Shown in pieces: positions 39,612-48,667 of a stretch of DNA of 64,000 nt (its first letter is position 1; each line of letters opens with the position of its first letter). The translations under genes and the position numbers were made by a program. The notes under the pieces are model-generated. The model had not been told where the DNA came from. It was given only the letters and a program-made list of their open reading frames with translations, and made no database searches. Source of the DNA: Halorarum halobium (GTDB lineage: Archaea > Halobacteriota > Halobacteria > Halobacteriales > Haloferacaceae); the NCBI RefSeq assembly GCF_032116555.1, contig NZ_CP134949.1:1-64000 (forward strand), read 5' to 3'.

Positions 39612-40781
39612 TCAGACCGGCGAGAGCGTGAACAGCGCGTAGGATGCCGCAAACGAGAGCGACGGTGTGAGGATCCAGAAGAAGATGACCCGGCCCGTCG
39701 TGCCGGGGTTGAACAGGTCGTCCGCGAGCAGGTCCTCGCCCTCCTCCTCGCCGACGCCGGGCACCGTTCCCTCGCCCTCGTTCTCGGCCGCGAGCGCGTT
39801 CACCGACACCTCCGGGCGCTCGCCCCGGACCGCGTCGCCGACGCTCGTCGTCCGGGTCGCGCGGCCCCAGCCGAGGCCGACGATGCACATCGTCGCCGAG
39901 ACGGCCAGCGACGCGGGGATGTCGATGTACGAGAGGAACGTGATGAGGCTCGCGGAGACGACCTCGACGATGAGCGCCGCGAGCAGCGGCAGGTCCGTGA
40001 GGTCGTTGCCGACCGTGTCGAGCGTCCGCCGGGCGATGGTGAACGCCCCGAGGCCAATTGCGGCCGAGGCGACGAGGATGCCCACCTCGATCGAGAGGTT
40101 CGCCTCCGGGCTCCCGACCAGCGGCGCGACGGCGTTTGCCGCGTTCGACGCGCCCGCCGAGAACGCCATGTAGCAGGCGATGAGGACGACGACGACCGTG
40201 CCGAGCAGTTCGCGCGGCGTCGTCCCTGCCGCGCGCCGAACGCGGGGAAACCCGCCGGCGACGGCGAACTCGACGACCGGCCCGTCCGAGCGGTCGATGG
40301 CGAACCGCGCGTCGAGGTACGGGTAGAGATAGCGCCCGATGACCGCACAGACCCAGAATGCGATGACCGGCGAGACGAGCCACCAGCCGATGATGCGAAC
40401 CATCACGTCCGCGTTCAGCGTGTTCGTCGCCGCGCCCAGCCCGGCGATGGCACCGACGGCGGTCATGGAGGTGGAGGCGGGGACGCCGAACGTGTTGGAG
40501 ATGAGCAGCGCGAGCCCGACGAAGAAGAGGACGGCCACGCTGGCCACGAGGGTGAACTGTCCGGACGGGACGATGCGGCCGCCCATCGTGTCGATGACCC
40601 CGCGGCCGACCGTCCACGCACCCAGCAGCGCGAAGCCGGTCATCAGTCCCGCCGCGGTGAGTTTCGAGACGAGGCCGCTGCCGACGGCGGGGCCGAACGC
40701 GACCCCCGTCGAGGAGCCGCCGATGTTGAAACCGACGAAGACGGCGACCGCGAGCCCGACGAGGAGGAGGAGTTCGACCAC
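39612..40781 (-). CDS. Inorganic phosphate transporter (PiT family)
   Basis: GFNIGGSS..AFG, P.STS, GASNAANAV, IPAS repeated PiT motifs. Confidence 0.88.
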   Translation of the reverse strand: MVELLLLVGLAVAVFVGFNIGGSSTGVAFGPAVGSGLVSKLTAAGLMTGFALLGAWTVGRGVIDTMGGRIVPSGQFTLVASVAVLFFVGLALLISNTFGVPASTSMTAVGAIAGLGAATNTLNADVMVRIIGWWLVSPVIAFWVCAVIGRYLYPYLDARFAIDRSDGPVVEFAVAGGFPRVRRAAGTTPRELLGTVVVVLIACYMAFSAGASNAANAVAPLVGSPEANLSIEVGILVASAAIGLGAFTIARRTLDTVGNDLTDLPLLAALIVEVVSASLITFLSYIDIPASLAVSATMCIVGLGWGRATRTTSVGDAVRGERPEVSVNALAAENEGEGTVPGVGEEEGEDLLADDLFNPGTTGRVIFFWILTPSLSFAASYALFTLSPV

Positions 40782-40886
40782 ACCGTCACTGTCGGCCGGG
40801 ACGAAATAAGTCCCACGTCCGGCGGGTGACTCGGGGGCGGGGCCGGTTCGAAACCCCGGTCCGGTCGCCGGACCTCGTCGGGACCG

Positions 40887-41579
40887 TCACCAGCGCCACC
40901 AGTCGCCGCCGTCGGTTCCGCCGGTGTCGTCGTCACCACCGTCGCCGTCGTCACCGCCCCACCAGTCGTCCCACCAGCCGCCGTCCCACCAGTCCTCATC
41001 GGCGGGGGGTGCGGCCGGCGGCGCGGGAGTGGGTGACTGCGTCGGAGTGGCGGTGGGCGTCGCGGTCGGTTCCGGGGACGGCGTCGCGGTCGGTTCCGGG
41101 GATCGCGTCGAAGTCGGTCCCGTGGTCGAAACCGGGGGCGGCGGCGACGAGGACGCCGGGGGCCCCACGCCCACCGTCGCGTCGTCGACGACCGTCTCGG
41201 ACGGCCGGTGGACGACGAGGAGGTCGAGCTCCGCGGGGCCGTCGAACGGGAACGGCGCTGCGGCGTAGCGCCACGTCGAGCCCGGTTCGAACGCGGTGCC
41301 GCCGTCGGCGAGCGTCCCGTCCACGAACGTCACGCTCGCGCTTCCGTTCGGTCCCCGAAGGACGAGCGAGAGCGCCGAGAGCGGGACAGCGTCCCCGCCG
41401 GCGTGGGTGACCGAGACGCCGGACGCGTTCGCGTCGAAGCGGTAGTCGCCGTACGTGGCGCTCCCGGCGTCGGCGTCCGTCACCGAGCCGACGACGACGC
41501 CGACCGTCCCCGAGACGAGGACCGCGACGACGGTGAGCGTCACGACCCCGATCGCCTCCGTCTGTGCGCGCCCGGCCAC
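40887..41579 (-). CDS. Type IV pilin-like protein (class III signal peptide, DUF1628-like) with Pro/Thr linker and Trp/Asp-rich tail
   Basis: GRA|QTE cleavage motif plus H-domain, V.H.GGD, FEPG, VVH.PS. Confidence 0.8.
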   Translation of the reverse strand: MAGRAQTEAIGVVTLTVVAVLVSGTVGVVVGSVTDADAGSATYGDYRFDANASGVSVTHAGGDAVPLSALSLVLRGPNGSASVTFVDGTLADGGTAFEPGSTWRYAAAPFPFDGPAELDLLVVHRPSETVVDDATVGVGPPASSSPPPPVSTTGPTSTRSPEPTATPSPEPTATPTATPTQSPTPAPPAAPPADEDWWDGGWWDDWWGGDDGDGGDDDTGGTDGGDWWRW

Positions 41580-41689
41580 CCGAAACGGTCGGGCGACCTG
41601 ACAGTAAATCGCTTCGACCCGGCTATCGAGCGCTGATACTCGCGTGCCGCCACGACAGCGTTTAAGCCGTGAAGCGAGTAGAACGGGAC

Positions 41690-42556
41690 ATGGAATGGAA
41701 GACTGACTGGGGGTTACGTGGACGCATGGTCTTCACGATGTTCCTCCTGTTCGCCCTCTACATCGTCTTCGCGGCGGTGCTCTCACAGACGAGGTACGTC
41801 GGGTTCCTGGTGCTCATGGTGCCGTTCCTGCTCGCGCAGTTCTTCTTCAGCGACAGGCTCGCGCTGTACTCGATGGGGGCCAAGGAGGTGAGCGAGGAGG
41901 AGTACCCCGACCTGCACCGGAAGATCACGCGGCTGAGCCAGCAGGCCGACCTGCCGAAGCCGAAGGTCGCCGTGTCCGACGCCCGGACGCCGAACGCGTT
42001 CGCCGCCGGGCGCTCACAGAAGAAGGCGACGGTCTGTGTGACGACCGGACTCCTGCGGACGCTCGACGACGAGGAGCTGGAGGGCGTGCTCGCTCACGAA
42101 CTCGCGCACGTGAAGAACCGCGACGTGATGGTGATGACCATCGCCTCGTTCCTCTCGACCATCGCGTTCATGGTCGTCCGCTGGGGGGCGTTCTTCGGCG
42201 GCGGGCGGAACCGAAACGGCGGCGGCGTGCTCGTCGCCATCGCCGCCTCGCTGGTCGTCTGGATCGTCTCGTTCATCCTCATCCGGGCGCTCTCGCGCTA
42301 CCGCGAGTTCGCCGCGGACCGCGGCGGGGCGGCCATCACGGGCAAGCCGGGCGCGCTCGCCTCGGCGCTTTTGACCATCGACGGCCGGATGGACAAGGTC
42401 CCGGACGACGACCTGCGCGAGACCTCCGAGATGAACGCCTTCTTCATCATCCCGCTCAAGAGCGGCGTCGTCGGGAAGCTGTTCTCGACCCACCCGAGCA
42501 CCGAGAAGCGCGTGGACCGGCTGCGCGACCTGGAGCGGGAACTGGAGACGGTCTGA
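41690..42556 (+). CDS. htpX: Zinc metalloprotease HtpX (M48)
   Basis: PNAFA.G, AHELAH, SRYREF.AD, FSTHP...R. Confidence 0.95.
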   Translation: MEWKTDWGLRGRMVFTMFLLFALYIVFAAVLSQTRYVGFLVLMVPFLLAQFFFSDRLALYSMGAKEVSEEEYPDLHRKITRLSQQADLPKPKVAVSDARTPNAFAAGRSQKKATVCVTTGLLRTLDDEELEGVLAHELAHVKNRDVMVMTIASFLSTIAFMVVRWGAFFGGGRNRNGGGVLVAIAASLVVWIVSFILIRALSRYREFAADRGGAAITGKPGALASALLTIDGRMDKVPDDDLRETSEMNAFFIIPLKSGVVGKLFSTHPSTEKRVDRLRDLERELETV

Positions 42557-42744
42557 TTCGTCTCGGGTTCCGGGACGTGCACTGATTCTTCGGAGACGGT
42601 GAGCAGGATTTCGACGGCCAGGAACGCCTCGATGGCCGCGGGGGCTTCCGCGGTCTGCACCACGATGCCGTCGCATTCTGTTCGACACACTGTATCCAAT
42701 ACCACGAACCAACGCTTATACCCGGAGTTTCCCTACCCCGAAAC

Positions 42745-43740
42745 ATGTTCCCGCTCCAGTCGAGCGACATCGCGCTCACGCTCGAAACCGCGCTGCTCGG
42801 GGTCGTCGTGGCGCTGTTGCTCGTCGTCACCGTGCTCCTGTTGCGGCTCTGGGCATCCGTCCGGGGAATCGACGACGACGAGATCGAGGTCGACTCGGAC
42901 GCGCTCACCGCCGCGGTCAGTCGCACGTTCACCGACCTGGAGTTCGCCGAGAAGGTCGACCGCATCGAGACGCACGCCGACAGCATGCAGAACCTCCACG
43001 CCGACCTGGACAGCATGCTCCGTGACCCCCGCGAGCGCGGCGCGTTCGGGGAGGAACAGCTCGACGTGCTGCTCTCCGAACACCTGCCCCCGGAGATGTA
43101 CGGCCTGCGCGAACAGGTCGTCGACGGGAAGACGCCCGACGCCCACATCCGCTCCTCCTCGGGGCTCATCTGCGTCGACGCGAAGTTCCCGCTGGACAAC
43201 TACGAGCGCGCCGTCGCGGCCGAGGACGAGGCCGAGGCGGCCCGCCACCGCGACGCGTTCGCGGGCGACGTGCGGTCACAGCTCCGGAAGATCGCCGACG
43301 ACTACGTCCGACCCGCCGCGGGCACGACCGACTTCGCGTTCGCCTTTCTCCCCTCCGAGAGCGTCTACTACCACCTCGTCACCGAGGAGTACGACATGCT
43401 CCGCGAGTTCACGAGCGAGGGCGTGCAGGTCGTCTCGCCGCTGACGTTCGGCCACAAGCTCGAGCTCATCAAGGCCGACGTGCAGGCCAGACAGCTCTCC
43501 GAGGAGGCCGAGGCCGTCGCCGAGCAGCTCGACGGGCTCCGGGAGTCGTTCGCCGCCGTCGAGGACGAGTGGGGCGTCCTCCGGACCCACGTCCGCAACG
43601 CCGCGAACAAGGCCGACGACGTCGACCGGCGGTACCGCAGGCTCCGCGAGGAGTTCGACCGCGTGGACAGTCCGAGCCTGGCGGACGAGAGCGACGCGAG
43701 CCCCGCGGTCGGGATCAGCACCGACGGGGAGGGGAACTGA
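42745..43740 (+). CDS. rmuC: DNA recombination protein RmuC family
   Basis: N-terminal TM helix, RG.FGE..L, PD...VDAKFP, I..DYV.P..TTDFA..FLPSES.Y, VVSP.T, coiled-coil C-terminus. Confidence 0.9.
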   Translation: MFPLQSSDIALTLETALLGVVVALLLVVTVLLLRLWASVRGIDDDEIEVDSDALTAAVSRTFTDLEFAEKVDRIETHADSMQNLHADLDSMLRDPRERGAFGEEQLDVLLSEHLPPEMYGLREQVVDGKTPDAHIRSSSGLICVDAKFPLDNYERAVAAEDEAEAARHRDAFAGDVRSQLRKIADDYVRPAAGTTDFAFAFLPSESVYYHLVTEEYDMLREFTSEGVQVVSPLTFGHKLELIKADVQARQLSEEAEAVAEQLDGLRESFAAVEDEWGVLRTHVRNAANKADDVDRRYRRLREEFDRVDSPSLADESDASPAVGISTDGEGN

Positions 43741-44351
43741 TGGGGCTGTTCGACTCCGTGAAGGCGGCGCTGGGCATCCACGCCGAGTCCGACGCGACGC
43801 GCGAGGCCTACCCCGAGGACCTGTTCGGGATGAGCACCGCCTACGTGACGATGGAGGCCGACCTCGGCTTCCGGCCGGTCGGCGAGGCCGCGCTCTGCTT
43901 CTCCTCGGTCGACTCGACCGACTTCGCCGGGGCGGTCGAGGAGGTCGAGGAGATCCTCCACGCCGGGAGCGAGGAGACGGGCACCGAGTTCCGGCTCCAC
44001 GAGGACGACCACGGCTATCACTGGGTCGTACTCGCCGACGACGACCCCGAGGACCTGGTCACCTCGATCCACTTCGCCGCGGACACGTTCGTCGAGCGCG
44101 GCTACGGTTCGCGGCTCCTCGCCGCGGTGTTCGGGTTCGAACGGGAGGACGCCCCCGACGAGCGGGGCTACTGGGTGTACTCGTTCCGCCGCGGCGCGTA
44201 CTACCCGTTCGCGCCGACGAACGGCGAGCACGACAAGCGCATCGAGGGGAAACTCGAGTCGGTGCTCGACGGCGAACTCGACCTCGAACCCGAGAAGGAG
44301 TACTGGTACCCGCTCTGGCCGGACGGCCCCGGGAACCACCCCTGGGGGTGA
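43740..44351 (+). CDS. pspAB: PspA-associated protein PspAB
   Basis: MGLFD, LFGMSTAY.TM, EDLVT, GYG.RLL.AVF, YSFRRG.YYPFAP, WYPLW. Confidence 0.8.
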   Translation: MGLFDSVKAALGIHAESDATREAYPEDLFGMSTAYVTMEADLGFRPVGEAALCFSSVDSTDFAGAVEEVEEILHAGSEETGTEFRLHEDDHGYHWVVLADDDPEDLVTSIHFAADTFVERGYGSRLLAAVFGFEREDAPDERGYWVYSFRRGAYYPFAPTNGEHDKRIEGKLESVLDGELDLEPEKEYWYPLWPDGPGNHPWG

Positions 44352-44366
44352 GCCGCACCGTCGGCC

Positions 44367-44744
44367 GTGCCGAACGCTTTTGCCCCGGAGCCTGAATTCC
44401 CGCACGTGATCCCCGACACGAAGTCCCTCGTCGCCACGGTCGGCCTCGTGACGGTCGTGCTCTCGGAGTGGCCGCTCGGCGACGAGTCGCCGGCGTATCT
44501 GGCGATCCTCGGCGGGCTCGCCCTGCTCATCCTCGTGCTGACGGTCCGAACTGACCTCCGCGACACGCGCGCCGCGGGCGTCGCAGTCGGCGGGCTCGCG
44601 ACGCTTCTGGGCGGCTTCCACCTCGCGTTCGGGCGCGGACTCCCCGACGTCGCCTTCGGCGGCGTCATCGCCGGCTTCGGCCTCCTCGTGCTGGCGAACA
44701 AGCTCGGACTGGCACCGTGGTCCGACGAGGACCCGGTCGTCTGA
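44367..44744 (+). CDS. Hypothetical membrane protein
   Basis: Four hydrophobic helices. Start uncertain (44367 or 44406). Confidence 0.6.
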   Translation: MPNAFAPEPEFPHVIPDTKSLVATVGLVTVVLSEWPLGDESPAYLAILGGLALLILVLTVRTDLRDTRAAGVAVGGLATLLGGFHLAFGRGLPDVAFGGVIAGFGLLVLANKLGLAPWSDEDPVV

Positions 44745-44834
44745 GCCGCCGGCCGTCGCGGCTTCCCACCTAAACGTTCTCGGATCCGACAGAACCGTCC
44801 CGTCGCCTGCTCGCATTTTCACTTCCACTTCTCT

Positions 44835-44855
44835 GTTAACGGGGGTTTATGTACG
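44835..44855 (+). promoter_or_regulatory. Putative TATA box of radA
   Basis: TTTATGTA about 26-33 nt upstream of ATG 44879, consistent with a leaderless transcript. Confidence 0.5.
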
Positions 44856-44878
44856 GAGCCGCACAAGCCGGAATCACG

Positions 44879-45910
44879 ATGGCAGAAGACGACCTCGAAA
44901 GCCTTCCCGGCGTGGGGCCGGCGACGGCGGACAAACTCGTGGACGCGGGCTTCGAAAGCTACCAGAGCATCGCGGTCGCCAGTCCGAGCGAACTGGGCAA
45001 CACCGCCGACATCGGCGACTCGACCGCCAACGACGTCATCCAGGGCGCGCGTGAGGCCGCCGACGTCGGCGGCTTCGAGTCCGGCGCGCAGGTGCTCGAA
45101 CGCCGCCAGCAGATCGGGAAGCTCTCCTGGCTCATCCCGGAGGTCGACGAGATGCTCGACGGCGGGCTCGAGACGCAGTCGATCACCGAGGTGTACGGCG
45201 AGTTCGGCGCCGGCAAGTCCCAGGTCACCCACCAGATGGCCGTAAACGTCCAGCTCCCGAAGGAGTACGGCGGCCTGGAGGGAAGCTGTATCTTCATCGA
45301 CTCCGAGGACACGTTCCGCCCCGAGCGCATCGACGACATGGTGCGCGGGCTGGACGACGAGATCATCGAGGCGCTGCTCGAGGACCGCGAGATCGAGGGT
45401 GCCCCCGGCGACGACGAGGCGATGGAGGCGCTGCTCGAGGACGTACTCGACAAGATCCACGTCGCCAAGGCGTTCAACTCCAACCACCAGATCCTCCTCG
45501 CGGAGAAGGCCAAGGAGGTCGCCAGCGAGCACGAGGACGACGAGTTCCCGGTCCGCCTGCTCTGTGTCGACTCGCTCACGGCCCACTTCCGCGCGGAGTA
45601 CGTCGGCCGCGGACAGCTCGCCGACCGCCAGCAGAAGCTGAACAAGCACCTCCACGACCTGATGCGCGTGGGCGACCTCTACAACTCGGTCGTGCTCGTG
45701 ACGAACCAGGTCGCCTCGAACCCGGACTCCTACTTCGGCGACCCGACCCAGCCCATCGGCGGCAACATCCTGGGCCACACCTCCACGTTCCGGATGTACC
45801 TCCGCAAGTCGAAGGGCGACAAGCGCATCGTGAAGCTCGTCGACGCGCCGAACCTGGCCGACGGCGAGTCGATCATGCGCGTCCAGGACGCGGGGCTCAA
45901 GCCCGAGTAG
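44879..45910 (+). CDS. radA: DNA repair and recombination protein RadA
   Basis: Hh[14 protein letters not shown], Walker [31 protein letters not shown]. Confidence 0.98.
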   Translation: MAEDDLESLPGVGPATADKLVDAGFESYQSIAVASPSELGNTADIGDSTANDVIQGAREAADVGGFESGAQVLERRQQIGKLSWLIPEVDEMLDGGLETQSITEVYGEFGAGKSQVTHQMAVNVQLPKEYGGLEGSCIFIDSEDTFRPERIDDMVRGLDDEIIEALLEDREIEGAPGDDEAMEALLEDVLDKIHVAKAFNSNHQILLAEKAKEVASEHEDDEFPVRLLCVDSLTAHFRAEYVGRGQLADRQQKLNKHLHDLMRVGDLYNSVVLVTNQVASNPDSYFGDPTQPIGGNILGHTSTFRMYLRKSKGDKRIVKLVDAPNLADGESIMRVQDAGLKPE

Positions 45911-46042
45911 TCGGCAACGCCCCCGGATTCGTCCGCGACACGCGCCCCGTTTTTCCCCTTCCGATCTCACCCCCGAGCGACGGCGTCGCTGCTGGACGTG
46001 GTTTCGGGAGGAAACCGCCACCCGGCCGAACCCGCGAGTGCC

Positions 46043-46471
46043 TCAGTCCTCGGTCTTCGTCACGTCGAGGTCCTCGAGCTCGCCCTCGTACAGCTTCGCG
46101 CCGTCCTGGGCGATCTGTCTGGCGAGCACGGCGCACTTGATTCGCATCGGGGAGATGTCGACGCCGAGCATCTCGGTGACGTCGTCGGTGTCCAGTTCCG
46201 CCAGTTCCGCGAGGCTCATCCCGTGGAGCCGTTCGGAGAGCATCGACGCCGACGCCTGCGAGATGGCACAGCCATCGCCCGAGAACGCGACGCCCTCGAT
46301 GGTCTCCCCGTCCTCGGCCAGTTTCACGTCGACCGTGATGGTGTCGCCACAGGAGGGGTTCTCCCCAGTGTGCGAGAACGTCGGGTCCTCGAGCTCGCCG
46401 TAGTTCCGGGGGTTCTTGTAGTGGTCCAGGATCTGCTGGCGATACATGTCCGAGCCGCCGCCGATTCCCAT
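46043..46471 (-). CDS. sufU: Fe-S cluster assembly sulfur-transfer/scaffold protein (SufU/IscU-like)
   Basis: YRQQILDHYKNPRN, NPSCGD, GCAISQAS, RIKCA. Confidence 0.92.
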   Translation of the reverse strand: MGIGGGSDMYRQQILDHYKNPRNYGELEDPTFSHTGENPSCGDTITVDVKLAEDGETIEGVAFSGDGCAISQASASMLSERLHGMSLAELAELDTDDVTEMLGVDISPMRIKCAVLARQIAQDGAKLYEGELEDLDVTKTED

Positions 46472-46523
46472 TGTTGTCGGTAGTTGGCGAGTCGACCCGA
46501 AAAGCCTACCGCCCCACCTGTTG

Positions 46524-46616
46524 GAGCGAGCGGCTCTTTTCGTCCGACATTTTCGAGAAGCGGTGAGGGAAACGCGAGCGGAGCGAGCGCGAGGGCACCC
46601 GACGATGAAAGATTTA
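46524..46616 (+). repeat. Structured intergenic element, family B-like, abutting the sufS stop
   Basis: CTTTTCGTCCGACATTTT..., CGC-GA-GC-GGA-GC-GA-GCG hairpin, ...CCCGACGATGAAAG. Confidence 0.5.
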
Positions 46617-47894
46617 GGCGAACAGCTCCCGCGCGTCGTCGACCGCCTCGACCAGTTTGTCGACCTCCTCGCGCGTGTTGTAGACGTAGAAGCTCGCGCG
46701 GGCCGAGGCCGCCGTGCCGAGCACGTCGTGGAGCGGCTGGGTACAGTGGTCGCCGGCGCGGATGGCGACGCCGTGGTCGTTGAGGATGCTCGAGAGGTCG
46801 TGGGCGTGGACGCCGTCGACGTTGAACGAGACGAGGCCGGCGCGCTCGTCGCCCGGCGGCCCGTAGATCTCGACGTCCTCGGGCTCGGTGAGCCGGTCGT
46901 ACGCGTACTCCGTGAGCTGTGACTCGTACTCGTGGACGTTCTCCATGCCGATCCCCTCGAGGTAGTCGATGGCGGCGGTGAGCGCGATGCCCTGCTCGAT
47001 GACCGGCGTGCCGGCCTCGAACTTCCAGGGCAGGTCCTCCCACTCGGTCTCCTCGAAGGTGACCTTGCGGATCATGTCGCCACCGTAGAGGTACGGCTCC
47101 ATCCCCTCCAGGATCTCCTCCTTGCCGTACAGCACGCCGATGCCCGTCGGGCCGAGCATCTTGTGGCCCGAGAAGGCGAGGAAGTCGCAGTCGAGTTCCT
47201 TCACGTCGACCGGCCGGTGGGGAACCGACTGGGCGGCGTCGAGGAAGATGTACGCGCCGTTGTCGTGGGCGATGTCGGCCAGTTCCGCGACGGGGTTGAC
47301 GGTCCCGAGCGTGTTCGAGGAGTGGACGACCGAGACGAGCTTCGTGTCCTCGTCGATGAGTTCGCGGGCGTGGTCCATGTCGAGGCGGCCGTCGTCGGTG
47401 ATGCGGACGAACCGCGCCTCCGCGCCGGTCTTCCGGGCGGTCTGCTGCCACGTGACGAGCGAGGCGTGGTGCTCCATCTGGGTGAGCACGACGTTGTCGC
47501 CCGGGCCGAGTTCGTTCAGCCCCCAGGCGTACGCGACGAGGTTCTCGGCCTCGGTGGCGTTCTTGGTGAAGACGACCTCCTCGCGGCCGGCCGCGCCGAT
47601 GAACTCCGCGACCCGGTCGTGGGCGTTCTCGTAGGCGACGCTGGCCTCCTGGCTCAACTGGTGGATGCCGCGGTGGACGTTCGCGTTGTACGAGCGGTAG
47701 TAGTCGGCGATGGCGTCGACGACCTGGTCGGGCGTCTGGCTCGTCGCGGCGCTGTCGAGGTAGACGAGCGGCGTCGTGTCGCCCTCGTCCTCCCCGGGAA
47801 CGGTGGCGTCGCCGCCCACCTTCCGGTCGAGGATGGGGAAGTCCGCCCTGACGGCCTCGACGTCGAGGGGGGACGGTTCCTGTGTGGGTTCCAT
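46614..47894 (-). CDS. sufS: Cysteine desulfurase SufS
   Basis: YLDSAAT, NVHRG, EHHAS, DAAQ, SGHKM (PLP Lys), FEAGT, RAGDHC. Confidence 0.95.
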   Translation of the reverse strand: MEPTQEPSPLDVEAVRADFPILDRKVGGDATVPGEDEGDTTPLVYLDSAATSQTPDQVVDAIADYYRSYNANVHRGIHQLSQEASVAYENAHDRVAEFIGAAGREEVVFTKNATEAENLVAYAWGLNELGPGDNVVLTQMEHHASLVTWQQTARKTGAEARFVRITDDGRLDMDHARELIDEDTKLVSVVHSSNTLGTVNPVAELADIAHDNGAYIFLDAAQSVPHRPVDVKELDCDFLAFSGHKMLGPTGIGVLYGKEEILEGMEPYLYGGDMIRKVTFEETEWEDLPWKFEAGTPVIEQGIALTAAIDYLEGIGMENVHEYESQLTEYAYDRLTEPEDVEIYGPPGDERAGLVSFNVDGVHAHDLSSILNDHGVAIRAGDHCTQPLHDVLGTAASARASFYVYNTREEVDKLVEAVDDARELFA

Positions 47895-47987
47895 TGTCGG
47901 GGACAGGGGTTGGAGGGCTAACATCCCTTCGGTCCTGCCGGCCGGGCGAAATCGGTTCCCCTTACGTTGCCGGAGGAACGTCGGGAA

Positions 47988-48206
47988 TCATCCCTCCGTC
48001 TCCCCGTCCAGCCCCTCCTCGTCGACCTCCACGAGAAAGCCCGTGACGTACGAGAGCAGCGCGTAGAGGCCGAGCGCGACGACGACGAGCGCGCCGAAGC
48101 CGACGACGGGGGCCTGCGCGATGAGGTAGAACGACGCGAGGAGGAGGAGCAGCGCGAACATGCCGAGGAGGGCGTCGATGCGGACGAGCAGGTCGGTGTC
48201 GGCCAT
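47988..48206 (-). CDS. Small two-TM membrane protein
   Basis: ATG 48206, two TM helices, acidic tail. Confidence 0.6.
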   Translation of the reverse strand: MADTDLLVRIDALLGMFALLLLLASFYLIAQAPVVGFGALVVVALGLYALLSYVTGFLVEVDEEGLDGETEG

Positions 48207-48284
48207 GACTTTTTCGAGGGTACGTCGGACCAAAAGAATGCGGGCCGTTTCCGGTGGGGCGACGGTTCCGGGGGAGCGTCGTCA

Positions 48285-48516
48285 GGCGCGCGGCGGCCGC
48301 GCGGAGCGCGGCCGCTCGTGCGAGGGACGAGCATCGCAGGCCGAAGGCCGAGGAGCGCAGGAGGCTGGGGAGGGCGAGGTGCGGTGGGTGGGACTGAAAG
48401 GGGTCGGCTGGGTACGCGAACCCCGGACCCGCAAGCACCGCAGGGCGCGAACGGAGTGAGCGACTGAGGAGCGCAGCGTGGTCCGCGGGAGCGTACCCAG
48501 CGGGGGGCTTTCGAGG
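48285..48516 (+). repeat. Modular structured intergenic element, family A, copy 5
   Basis: All conserved linkers present. Hairpin 3 covaries with copy 3. Confidence 0.9.
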
Positions 48517-48667
48517 CAGTCGTCGCTAAATCCGAGCCATCACAGAGTGCGACACGTGATAAACCGCCAGCTGCAGGGGCTTTCGCGGTGGTTACCCCAG
48601 CAATCCCAGCGGCAGCAAAGTCACCTAACCAACTCCCAAAACGTAAGAACCCTCGATCGAACGAACC

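Noticed and set aside
94..45910. Inteins in RFC, PCNA or RadA
   Set aside because: All have normal lengths, with no splice-junction motifs or homing-endonuclease insertions.
10857..48516. Interpretation of the repeats as CRISPR or as an autonomous IS
   Set aside because: Copies are dispersed, not regularly spaced with spacers. No cas or transposase gene, terminal inverted repeats or target-site duplications were seen.
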